Source: Azolla caroliniana (Eukaryota > Plantae > Polypodiophyta). Taken from it: a stretch of 64,000 nucleotides of DNA. The notes under the pieces are model-generated. The model searched no databases. It was given only the letters and a program-made list of their open reading frames with translations, and had not been told where the DNA came from. The DNA is taken from contig JBHGNT010000002.1 in the NCBI GenBank assembly GCA_043228905.1, forward strand, positions 8,060,001 through 8,124,000. The letters run 5' to 3'. The translations under genes were made by a program, and so were the position numbers. Below are positions 50,250 to 61,693 of the stretch, in pieces. How positions within the stretch are numbered: the first letter of the stretch is position 1; every line of letters begins with the position of its first letter.

Positions 50250-50304
50250 GTGATCTTTACATTGATGAGCTCATATGGAACAAAACTAGTTTGCACAAGA
50301 TCAC
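50250..50304 (+). ncRNA. Decayed type I hammerhead ribozyme
   Basis: Stem I GTGATCTT/AAGATCAC, core (C>T)TGATGA, stem II GCTC/GA(G>A)C, (G>A)AAAC, palindromic stem III ACTAGT. Confidence 0.65.
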
Positions 50305-50369
50305 CCCCTTTCTCTCTCTTTTTAATAAAAACCTTCTCTCTCTCTCTCTCTCTTATTCATCAGCCGTCG

Positions 50370-51470
50370 TACAAAAGACACATGTACCACTACCAATTTG
50401 TCTTCGTTTTAAAGCCCTAGCCAAAGGTCACCCACCACCATAGCACGTCAAAGAAACACCTTTGCACGAAAAGGAAGATGAGACTTCCATCCTGCATCTC
50501 AAACTCTAGCACACCATTCACATCCACGGATAATGTGCCATGTATCCAAAACCTTGCTCTGTACCCAAACTCTATCCTTAACCAACTTATGATAAACATC
50601 ATTTGTGTTCATTGCAAATAATGATTTCTTGTTATCAAAAAACCAATCTCTCCATGGTTCCACCGCCACCAATTGTGGAATCGATGATGATAAAATAGGC
50701 AATTGTACTATTGTTTGCCAAATCTGACCATATCTAGGAGGTATATGAAATCTACTTCTCACAGTTCGAAAAGTCATCATCTGTCGTTGTGACTCTAAAT
50801 TACCATCCTCCACAGTTACCAAACCTAATTTTGCCATTCTATTAAACTTTGACTTTAAACTGTCTTTTCCATCCTATTGTCATAATCTTGAAGATGTGAT
50901 CACCTCTGCTAGCAAAGAGTTGCAATCTTCTCTACAATCAATTGGTTTCCAATTGAACAACTTCAAACTTTTTTGCCAAGAGACCACTAAATGTTGAACA
51001 ATAGTAGATGTTGAACATCGAAATGATCGAGTGTTATTAATAACATGCCACCATGAAGTTCTAATTTTTGTTTTACCATGTTGTATCCCTACTTTCTCCA
51101 CAAAATAACAAATTATCTGTGCCCATGGTTGAGAACCTGAACACATCTCTTTCAAGAGACTAAACCTTCGAGCAACCAGATGATCTTCCAAATTGAGTAA
51201 ACCGGTTCCTCCTAAATGTTTCAGGGTACATATATGAAGCCATGAAACCCAACTGATACCAATGTTGGACTCTTTCTTCCATAACGTATACCTAAGAGCA
51301 CAAGCCAAGTGATCAAGTGATTTCTTTGTCCAAGGTAACAAAGGCAAAAAATATGAAATCATCGGAATCATAATTGCTTGCACCACTTTGAGACGAGTAG
51401 CAAACGGTCAAGCTTGGGACTTCAAATATATAAATTTATCTGCTATGGTTCTAGAAATCCAAGTTAGGCA
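50370..51470 (-). pseudogene. LINE (L1-like) ORF2 C-terminal fragment
   Basis: ISWVSWLHICTLKHLGGTGLLNL matches the W..IC.PK..GGLG motif. Confidence 0.75.
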
Positions 51471-51507
51471 TCTCAATCTCAATCTCAATCTCTTATTATA
51501 ATTAGCT

Positions 51508-51691
51508 TACCCTAGTGGTAAGTCGATAACACTACAAGCACTGTGTCTTGGGTTCGAAACCTAATTTCCTCACCTCTCTATTATATACTTCATATATATC
51601 TCTATTTCACTAGATGCCATTGTGGAATGTAGGGGTTGAACCCATGACCACTTGGTCTCCATTGGGTAACCTTACCAACTGAGCTACATCC
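51508..51691. promoter_or_regulatory. Two convergent tRNA-like Pol III A/B-box modules
   Basis: Plus strand: TACCCTAGTGG (51508) and GGTTCGAAACC (51551). Minus strand: TAGCTCAGTTGG (51686) and GGTTCAACCCC (51642), with acceptor-like GGATGTA/TACATTCC. Confidence 0.7.
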
Positions 51692-51696
51692 ATCTA

Positions 51697-51698
<2 letters not shown>

Positions 51699-51741
<43 letters not shown>

Positions 51742-52955
51742 GTGCGCCTATTTCTGTCCCTCCATCGTTTTCTGTGTTCTATAGCTCATTGGAAAGTTCT
51801 TTCACAGAGCTTTCTAAGGAATGCTTATTTGCTAAATTCGTTTATCGTTGTGAGAAGTTATGAGCATTTTCGTCTGCAACCCTCTTTGCCCTGCGGTTCC
51901 TCAAACTCAAGGTAGATTTTGAAACCCAAAATTGATTGAAAGGTACATTCCACTTCTTCTTTCACTTTATTAATAGTAAATATGCCAAGAGAAGTAAAAT
52001 TCAATGATGATGTGATTGAAAGCCCAAACAATCAAATGCATACTTTGTCAATGGAAAAGATGGTAGCTATGTATATCTCATTGCAAGAGACAGTGATGCA
52101 TAAGCAAAGCGAAATGTATGGTTATAAGGAGAGAGAATTAACTCTTCAACATACAATGGAAATGCAAAAGTTATAGATTAAAGCTTTGTGTGAAGAACTA
52201 CATGCAATGAAGAACATGATTGTTCAAATGCAAGATAATCGGATGCCTGAAATAGAAAGAAAAATGTTGAGTCTTGAAGTAGAAAAAGAGATTTTGGTGA
52301 AGGAAAATGCCGAAATAAAATCTACAATTGAAGGGAAGGAAGATGTGATCATGACAAGGTGGAACGATGTTCTCTTGAAAGAAACACCGAAAATCACGCA
52401 AAGGCATTCTAATACCATGGATATGTTAGATGCAAAGGAGCAATATGAAATCGAAAGAAGAAAGAATAATATTATCATTAGAGGTATGCAAGAGAATGAA
52501 ACAGAGAATGCATTATCTCTTCGAGAGAATATTACGAAATTATTTGAAAATCACTTTGCTATGCAAGATGTTATTGTATATGTCGCACATATGGTTGGCA
52601 AAAAGCAATTAGAGGGAAAGTCATCTCCAACTATTGTTTGTACAATCCTTGATGAACGTAAAAGGGCAATGATTCTAGATAGTAGTAAGGTGTACTTAAA
52701 AGGGACAACTTCTTTTGTAACAGAGGATAGAACTCCACAAGAGCATAATGTAGAAGGCAAGCATATGCATCTAGGAAAGCAAATCAAAAGGCATAACAAA
52801 CAACGACCTATGGGACTATAAGTGCTTTACGATTGAAAGTAATGTTTTGGAATTGTAGAAGATATCCATGGAATAAGGGTTTAGGACTCAATGATGTAGC
52901 TCAAGGTATGGATAGTATATTTTTGGCTGAAACATGGGAGCATGAGGCAAAACGT
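51699..52955 (+). pseudogene. LINE 5' end: (CT)n leader, ORF1 (51982-52821, one stop) and start of ORF2 AP endonuclease
   Basis: Coiled coil plus ERRKNNIIIRG..V.EDRT, then KVMFWNCR..DSIFLAETW, cut by an LTR at 52956. Confidence 0.8.
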
Positions 52956-55515
52956 TGTCATGAAGATTTTCGGCAACAATGTGAAAATTGCGTGGAACAA
53001 GGAAAATCGAGAATGTGCAATGTGCACATGTATGAAAGGAGTGATGGTTACACATATATGTTAGCACGTTAATGTGCATGTGTGATGTGTCTTTAGGTGT
53101 TCATTACACAAGATATAAAAATAAGCCTAGGGCCTAATCGCATACAATGAGATGCAAGTAAGGTTTTGAACCTTACACCTCAACAATAGGAGGCAATTAA
53201 CATACCATTAGGCTAGGTTATTTCCTTTAAAGTTTATTTCTTCATTGTACTTTTCACATAACAGCTCGTACATGAGAGCTTGAATGAGAGACATGGTCAT
53301 CATGCATCACATGCATTTCATGCATTGTATGCATGTCTTACACCCTCCATGCAACATATGCATGGGGGCATCTATATAAGAAGGAAAGGAAGGGAAAGGA
53401 AATCAAGTAATGTATGGAATCAATACCAATAATAATAAATCTTAGTTATCTCATTGGGAATGTGTCTTGTCCCTCAATTTTGAAGTCAATGGTTCAAACT
53501 AGAAATTGGAATTCTCGTCCATATCTATGTATCTACCAATCTATCTTTAATACTTTCTCGCTTGCGCTAGTCCTTCTAGTCCAGAACACTGACGGTTCCA
53601 CTTCATTGTCTTGAACAATCCTTTTGATCCTCCATCACCACTTGCGGACGCACATCGCGACGTTTGGCACATGTGTCACGTGCTTCATGACATCTTTCTG
53701 GTGTGGTAAATATTTTCTCAATATCGCTCTCTCTCTCTCTCTCTCTCTCAATCAACTGACACAAGCATCTTTGACAGCAAGAACGACCCAGTTATAATCC
53801 TAAACGATGGTCTATTCCTTACAAGCACAAGTCACCCAATTCATCCTCCTTGGTCAAAGACCCCGGTGGTCCTGTTCGACCGACCCGCAGGCGCGGATTT
53901 CCGCGACATAAATTTGGTGAACCCGACGTGAAGAACAGCAAGGGAGGATGGTCGGAACTTCGAGTGCTAGAGACTCTAATGATATTCTAGAACAAGGAAT
54001 GGCAAGGATGATGGACCAAATGCTTCAGGAGAGAGACAACGTCACGGGCCTTGATGTTGCCATCGATAGGATCGTGGATACCAACGGATGCTTTGATGGT
54101 AGAGATGTGACACGATACCGTCAAACCTAAGAAACAAAAATGCAGAAAAAGGGTATTCATATGGCAAGACAAGTGACAAGCTTCTCAAGGATTGTAACTT
54201 CATGTCTTTACTCCCGAGTCCTAGAGCTACAAGAGTCCAATCCGGAATGGTCATCTTTCAAACGAAGTTTACTTGAAGAATATGGGTTTGGTGACTCGTC
54301 TCGAATGACGAAGAAAGATTTAATGGACGGGGTGGAGTCTTCTAACAAAGAGTTGAGTGCGAGTGCGACGCTCCACGAGTTCGCGCAAAGATTTGATCGT
54401 TTGCCTACACTTGACAAAACGATTCTTGATTCCAACAAGGTGCTCCTATTTATCAAATTAGTAGGTGAGGAAGATCGAAGAGATCTTGGACTACTCCTAT
54501 TTTTGACAAAACGATTCTTGATTCCAACAAGGTGCTCCTATTTTTGATAAGCGTCGACAATGGGACAACAAGACAAGATCGAGTGTTGCAATTCAGATTG
54601 GCCGACAAGCTTATAACGCAAGACAAGAACCACAAGCCCAAAGACCGAGGGATGTTGAAGTGGTTCAACCCACAGACGAAGCCACAATGGATGAACTTGT
54701 AGACATGCTTTGAGAGATAACAATTTCTCAAATTAGAAAGGAAGAAACTCAAAGTTTTCCGGATCGTCACCTAGACTTTCCCCGTAGGTGTATTTGGTGT
54801 GACTCTTTGGAACACCAGTGGAGAGATTGCTTAGAATTCCAAAATGCCCTTCGACGAGATAACATTTATCTCTCAAACAATCGGATTCACTCCTCAATGA
54901 CACAACGTTGTCGTGAAGATTTTCGTCCATAGGCGGAAACCGGGGTGGAAGGGGCAAGTCGGTGGTGTGCAACATGTGCACATGTATACTAGGATATGGT
55001 GTATAGAAAGAGAGGGGAAAATTTTGTCCCACATTGTAAGGTCCCTCCCTCCTTGGGCTATAAAAGGAAGGGAGGGGTCACTTATGAAGGGGTTGCCTAT
55101 TTTGTGCGAGTAAGGTATACCACTTAGTCTAGGGTTCTCCCTCTTCCCATTTCGTTTTAGGGTTAGGGTTTCGGTTAGGGTTTTCTTCTTGGGTTTCCCT
55201 TTAGGGTTTTCGGATAGTCATTTTGGTGCGGCGACGACGGCCACCATTGTTGTAACCATTCGTTGTTTTAATATAACTTGTTGAGCATCTTGCCTCCACC
55301 GATCCCTCCTTCGATGTCGTGGTCTTATGCTTTCCTCTTCTCCTCTTGAGCTAAGCCTCCATATCATGTCCTATTCTTTCTCCTCCACTCCCTAGTCCAA
55401 GACCCCCGCGGTCCCGCCCCTTCTACACGCACGCGCGCAACAACGCGACAACGTCCTCTCAATACCAACTTCGGCGGAGGAGGTATGAAGAAGTTGATGG
55501 AGGAAATGGAAGAAA
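52956..55515 (+). pseudogene. gag: Gypsy 5' LTR (52956-53908), tRNA-Trp PBS (53915-53932) and gag pseudogene
   Basis: TGTC...CGACA termini; PBS TGGTGAACCCGACGTGAA; FDGRDVTRY, CIWCDSLEH and NFGGGGMKK are homologous to 29704-31115. Confidence 0.85.
54909..55450 (+). mobile_element. Gypsy solo LTR inside gag
   Basis: TGTCG...CGACA termini; TSD ACGT at 54905-54908 and 55451-55454; gag resumes after it. Confidence 0.92.
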
Positions 55516-56178
55516 AAAAAGTAAATAGTGTTTACTATTCCTCATCTGCCGGGATTCGAGCTGGACACGATATGAGAGCCCAAGAATCTCAAGCAGGAGA
55601 ATTTTAACCAATCATATTAAATTAAGTCAAAAAAGGGAAGCTTTGCATGAACGAGGCACTCAAAGCAGAATGTGTTAATCCTAGGGCCAGACAACAGCCT
55701 AACACAGGGTGTCCACTTAAGACACTTCACCAAAGGGTGGTATGGACGAATGACTTACGACACAACGCTTAATTAGACCTTAATTGGTTACTTAGCAATT
55801 TGTAATTAACACGCGTAAGATATAACAATGAATGCAGAACGGTAATGAAAACTGGAAGATTAAGACAATAAGATCTATTAATTATCCGCTCTGATTACAT
55901 TATAACTGGGCCTTTATATAGGTCTCCGGTGCGAAATACCAACCGGCACCTTTACGGGATCGGTCCAGATCCGGATCGGCATACTGATTCCGGTCCGTCC
56001 GTCCACATCTTCTCATATTATTAATATCTATATTAAGATTACTAATTACAACAGTTCCCGAATAAACTATTCCTTTTCACACTCTGATTTGGATCTCCTT
56101 AAGCCTTCTTGCCAGCCGATAACACATGGCACGCCCGTGGGATAGTACCTTGTACGTCGAACCCATTATCTGGCCCTT

Positions 56179-58164
56179 TTACACTTCGTCCAAAATGTCT
56201 AGAATGCTTTGCTCCAAAATTTCCAATGGCTCGTCGAGAATCTGTTGTTGCTGTTGTGGCTGCTACTTCTGTTGCTGTTGTTCCGTTTGTGGTTGTGCCT
56301 GCTGCTCCGTTTGTGCCTTCTCCGCTTGGGGTTGCGGCTCCGTTTGTTGCTCTGGCTGCTCTGGCACCGGCGTTTCCTTCGTTGGTTCCTCAGTCGGAGT
56401 TGTCTGTGGCTGACTGACCCCGGCCTGGTCCCCGTCTGGTCCTTGCACCGGTGACGGTTCCTCATCACTAAGGTTGACCGTTGCCGCCTTTCTCGCTTTT
56501 TCTTCCCGCAGCCGGGACCACTCATAGCTCTCGAACTGGATTTGGGCCTCCAGCCGATCGTCGTCCAGTTGAGCTACGAGCTGCCGGACCTGTACCAGTT
56601 GTTCATCCGCCAGGGCTGTGAAATGTGCGGCGAGCTCATCTCGTAATTCCGCAAGCTCTTGGGCTTGCGCCGCATCTTTCTCCGGGACAGTTTGTGTCTC
56701 CGGGGTCTTATTCCTCTGTACATCAACCGAAGTCACCGGTGCTTGGATCTGCATTGCGGTTAAAGCCATTTTGGCCATATCTCCTGTGATCTGATCCAAG
56801 TCTTGTTCAAGGCACCGGATCCTTGACCGGGCCGTCTCCAGTTCATTGGTTGTGACGAGCAACCGTTCCGTTTGCGCTCTTTCCTCCGCCTCTATGCATC
56901 CGACTACTCCGGCAATTTGTTCTCCTATCCAATGGAGCCATTGGCTGTTGGTGCACTGTTGTTGCACTTGCACGGAGAGTTGGCTGGTGGGTTCACTCGC
57001 CGGTGGCTGGTCCCGCCTTAATGCATCGAGCTACGCTTCTGGTTATGCCAGTTGACCACTTTGCCGTTCTGGCTCCGAGTGTGTTTCGATTAATCGCCCC
57101 TTGTCTGCTTGTTCTTGGTGGGCTGGGAAGGTTGGCCCTTGTATATCCGGCTCTTGAGTTACGGGGCTTGCCGGTGCTGCCTGTTGTGCAGGGACTTCTG
57201 TGATTGGTTCCCTCCAAACCAGTTCCAGTACCTCCCTTGGCGTGGGATGCTCAACGTGAGTTGCAAGTGTTCCATCCTTCTGTGGGTCCGAATGCTTCCC
57301 GACTCATTCAACGGTGCTCTTCACCAGCCGCCGCTAGAGGTGCTCCGTGGGTTCTTCCTCCATTTCTTCCGCCTAAGTCCCGGCATTCATTCTTGCCGCT
57401 AGGGTGCCTGTTTCCAGTTGCACCGGTCGGTGGAGTGGGCTCTTCAAGGGCCATGCCGGTGTCTCCTCTCTTGCATCCGTCGGCCGCTTTCGGCTGGCAC
57501 GCTCCTTTGCCGCCTTCTCTGCGTCGGCCATTTTCCCCTTAGTGGCCTTGGAGGCCAACAGTTGTTGCCGTTTCGAAGCAGGTTTCGGGGTGTCGTTCGT
57601 TGCTCTTCCCCGCTTCTTGGTTTGGACGGGCTCGATCTGTGGCGCCAAAAAGGTGAGCCATTGTGTCACCACATGCCATATTTTCCGGCCTTCCTTGCCG
57701 TCCTTTCCTCTTACTATATCACTGGCCGTACACAACCCGTCGGCGATCAGCACCGGCCAATCTACCTTGACCCCTTCGTACGTTGCGATGATCAAGCCTG
57801 CTCGGTTTTGAGGCATGACGGGGGGTCGAGGGTACACGTGGCCGCACTCATGGAGCACACGGGCAATTTCGTGGAATAGCATATCTTCGCCGCCCTGTGT
57901 CCTGTAGCCCTTGCTGGCTAGAGAGTACTCACCGAAATATTTGATGAGTTGCTCGGAGGTAGGATTGTTGATCGTGTAGATGCCTCCCTCCGGAAGGCCT
58001 ATTAACGCACTGATCGCCTCCTCCGTGATCACCTCTGTGTCGATTTCTTTGATGATCTTTTCGGCCTCCTTGTGTGGCGCCACCTCCATGATCGTTAAGA
58101 AACCCTCTAGTCTGTGTTGCCGTAGCCATTTCTTGGCAGCTTCAGACAGCGTTTGGTAGTCCAT
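56179..58164 (-). pseudogene. Extra (non gag/pol) ORF: plant-mobile-domain/Transposase_32-like N-terminus, coiled coil and Q/E/P-rich tail; frameshifted
   Basis: ITEEAISALIGLPEGG and YEGVKVDWPVLI; heptad-rich segment at 56263-56973. Confidence 0.55.
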
Positions 58165-58389
58165 CTCTACGTCGAGGTCGGAGAGCGTTGGCGAGGTTTG
58201 GCGGTGGGGAGAGTGTGAGAGAGAAAGTTCTGAGGGAGGGGATTCTCTGTGTGCGAGCTCTCTGCAATTTATCTTCACGCGTCTGTCTGCGTCTGTTCTC
58301 CTTGGTTCGCAATAGGACAAGGTCTCGATGCGTGGGGGTTTTTCTCTCTGCATCTTGGCACCTTTTTCGAGCCTCCGCATGTGCAGGTC

Positions 58390-59793
58390 GTGTACTATAA
58401 TAGCATTGTGTGCCATGTGGTGGTGGTTAAATGTCCTATTCATAGCCCCAAGATTAACAGAAAGAAGAAATTTAATAATTTTCATTAACAAAGGAAAAAG
58501 AAATTACAATATGTCCCAAGATTGGGATTTAGAAGTTTTAGGTTTACTAAGATTAATAGAAAAGAAAAATTAGCGGTTTTGAGAGATATGGATTCCGTAG
58601 GGAAGATTAGGATTAGGTTATATGAGTATTATGGCTTCCGTAGGGAAGATTAGGGTTTTTGAGTGTTATGGCTTCCGTAGGGAATTTTAGGGTTTATGGG
58701 AGTTATGGCTTCCCTAAGATAAGAGAGTTGAGAAAGACAAGAAAATTAAGATAATATAGAAAGTGCCCCCTAGTGTAGGAAAAAAAATGGAATAAATATC
58801 GAGTTCTCACTTGATCATAGCCTTTCCACTTTTTGTTGCATGGCCTCTACTTTTAGTTGCCTAGCTTTTTCTTTTTGTTGCATGTGACTGTCCACATGAC
58901 CTTTACTTTTTCCATGCACTCTTTCTTTAGTTGCTTGCGTCCACATGGCCTTTACTTTAGTTCTCTTCACTTTACTTTAGTTTGTTGCATGATCCAATCT
59001 TTCGTCCGTCCGCGTCCAAACTCGTCCGGTAGCCGGTTTCGATTTTGCTTGCCGGTCGGTTCCGGTTTCGATTTTGCTTGCCGGCCGGTTCCGGTTCCGG
59101 TTTTGCTTGCCGACCGGTTCCGGTTTGCTTGTCAGTTCTGGTTCTGGTTTTGCTTGCCGGCCGATTCCGGTTTGCTTGCCGGTTTCGGTTCCGGTTTTGC
59201 TTGCCGGCCAGTTTCCAAGTCTAAAACCCGTTCCGGTTCCGGTTTGCTTGCCAGCCGGTTCCGGTTTTGCATACCGGCCGGTTTCCGGATTTGCTTACCG
59301 GACCCGTTTTCCGGATTTGCTTACCAGCCGGTTTCTAGTTTTAGGGAATTTGGCCACCATCATCCATCCTAAACCCTAAACCCTAAACCCGTTCCAGTTC
59401 CGGTTTTGCATACCGGCCGGTTTCCGGATTTGCTTACCGGACCCGTTTTCCGGATTTGCTTACCGGCCGGTTTCCAATTTTAGGGAATTTGGCCACCATC
59501 ATCCATCAAGACAAAGTGGCCAAAGTGCTCTTAGCACAAATGAAAAATGAGGGAGCTCAAGGTGTTTATATAGCCAGGGCCTTAACTTTCCTATCTATGT
59601 GGGATAGTTCTAATTTCTCTATCTAATCAAACTTCATTTTCTCATAACTTGATATGTATTTCTCCATTTTGTATATAGTAAAATACATTTTGAAGCTCTT
59701 GAGTATATCCATCTTTCTATAGTAAGCTACTAATCTAATCTATAATAATTATTTCATTATTTTTTTACATAGTGTGTGAAGATTCACACGACA
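58390..59793 (-). mobile_element. Solo or recombinant LTR related to 37214-38595
   Basis: Starts TGTCGTGTG at 59793. It shares the CCGG-rich array, the ACGGAAGCCATA/AACCCTAA repeats and the ATCCCAATCTTGGGACATATT block. Confidence 0.8.
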
Positions 59794-61693
59794 ACGCTCC
59801 TTGAGCCTGCAACTGGAGAACTACGGCTGAGATTCGGAATGTGTGGCCCCTGATGGTTACTTCTAAGTCCCGTATTAATCCTGTCAGTCGCACCAAGCTT
59901 GTGTCTGCCATTCGGAGCCAGAACGGACATGGCTCCCACTCTTGGATTCCAAGAGCATCGCACGTCCGGAGGCTGATTACATTAACGCCGGAGCCTCTGT
60001 CTATTATCTGTCGAGGAGTTCTTTCCCTTTCACAATGGCAGTAATTGTCGGACTGTTGGTGATCACCACCACCGGTCCCTCCTCCGGATTTGAGAAGAAT
60101 GCCGGAGCCGGTGGTGTTCCGCCTGTCTTCATGCCGGACTTGAGTCCTTCTGTGAATCTTAGTTCTAGCTGCAAGAGTCGTCCTAACAGCAACGTGATCT
60201 GGCATTCCTGCAATACCTGCCATGTCGCGTTTTTGGACTGATTGCCACCGACGAGCTCTTCAGTGTTCTCCTTTTGCTGCGCAAGTTCTGCTACATTTCG
60301 CTCATTTGCCTTTTTCACCCATTCCGTTGCCTGTTTCCGGATGGCCTCTTGTGTCTCCCATTCCGTCGTCTTGCCCTTCGACCTTGTGGTGACCTGCTGT
60401 AGGTCTACGACTTCGGCGACTACGATGTTTACTTTTGGTCGCTTATCATAGCTCTTTGTTGGACATTGATTACTATAATGTCCTTCTTGCTGGCAATAAT
60501 AGCAATATGCTTTCCGAGTATTGTTGGATTCGGCATTGTTTCCTGTACACGGTGGAGGGCTTGAGGTAACCGTGGGGCTCTGGTCCGGTTGGCGGCTTGA
60601 GGCGCCTTTTTCCGGTTCACATGGGTGGCTCCGGTTTTTGAAATGCCGTGTTTTATTAAAGTTCTTTTTGTTGCGGTACCCTTGCCGGAGTTGGTCATCA
60701 TACCTCCCGTAATCTTCCCGTCGTTGGTGATAACCGGGGGAGTGATCCCGGTTGTGATGCTCGTACCGTCCATTGTAATCTTGGTACTTGTCATATCTCT
60801 TGTACCGGTCATAGTTGTCTCGCCGATTGTCGTACTAGACATCCTGTGCCGGTCGATATCGCTCCTCTCGCCGCCAGCGTTCGTCTTCTTCGTCTCGGCT
60901 ACTACGTGGCTCGATTTGCCGTACTAGCGGTGCTTGCCTATTAAATAAGTTATATTCACACCAGTCCATTGTGTGGCTCGTAGATTGGCAGAGTAAGCAG
61001 TGCGTCCGTATGGTGCACTCCAGTGACGAGTGTCCGGAATTCAAGCAGGTCGTACATTGGATTGCTGCCGGAAACGAAGAATTGGTAATGCTCGTTGGAG
61101 GGCTCCCATTGTTAGCCAAGAGCTCGTTTTCTCCATTTCTCTAACCCGGTCGATGACCTGGTCGACGGTGCTTGTGCGAAAGTCGATGACCGTGCATACC
61201 GTTTGTAGAGGTTCCCGGACCGCGGCTAAAAATATAGCCCGCGTTTCATCCTCCGGATGTGCGCGGGTAAGCTGACTGTGCATCCGTTGAAACCGGATGA
61301 CAAACTGCGGGATGCTCTCCCCGGGGTCCTACTGGATGGTATAAAATAAGCCCACCATTTCTCGTTGGTCCACCTCCTTCTGGAAGAAGTGCAAGAATTT
61401 GTCTTTCAGGTCCGCAAAGGTGGTGATGGTGCTGCGATCCTGCGTCCGGTGCCATCTGGCGGCCGGTCCTTCCAATGTCACGCCGAATTCGGCTATCTTA
61501 GATCGTTCCTCTTCTGCCGCGGTTAACCGTTGTGACACATGGTTCGCCTCCCATGGTTTGCCTCCCATGTTTGTCCGGATCATCCCTATCTTTGGAGTAC
61601 TGGAACGGCATGTCGTCGTCTAGTGTCGGTACCCGGGCTGGTGGTGTCGGTGGTCTTTCCTTCTGTTCCATCGACCTCGGAGGTCTTTGCCGG

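Larger units (their letters stand above)
55520..61693 (-). mobile_element. Decayed non-chromovirus (Athila/Tat-like) Gypsy: gag-PR at 61620-59794, extra ORF, probable 3' LTR starting at 56053; RT-INT missing
   Basis: TLEGPAARW, Q..GESIPQFVIRF, zinc knuckles and protease IIDRGSGVNVI. Joining the two halves into one element is an inference. Confidence 0.6.

Noticed and set aside
51624-51691. Functional tRNA gene
   Set aside because: The A/B boxes and acceptor-like ends are present, but there is no convincing anticodon arm. Reported as a tRNA-like module instead.
55552-55619. Further A/B-box module (also a lone A box at 37269)
   Set aside because: The boxes are degenerate or the spacing differs (~57 nt), so they were not counted.
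57373-58491. 372-aa ORF start as given by the track
   Set aside because: Its first ~110 codons run through an inserted LTR and leader sequence; the likely start is ATG 58164.
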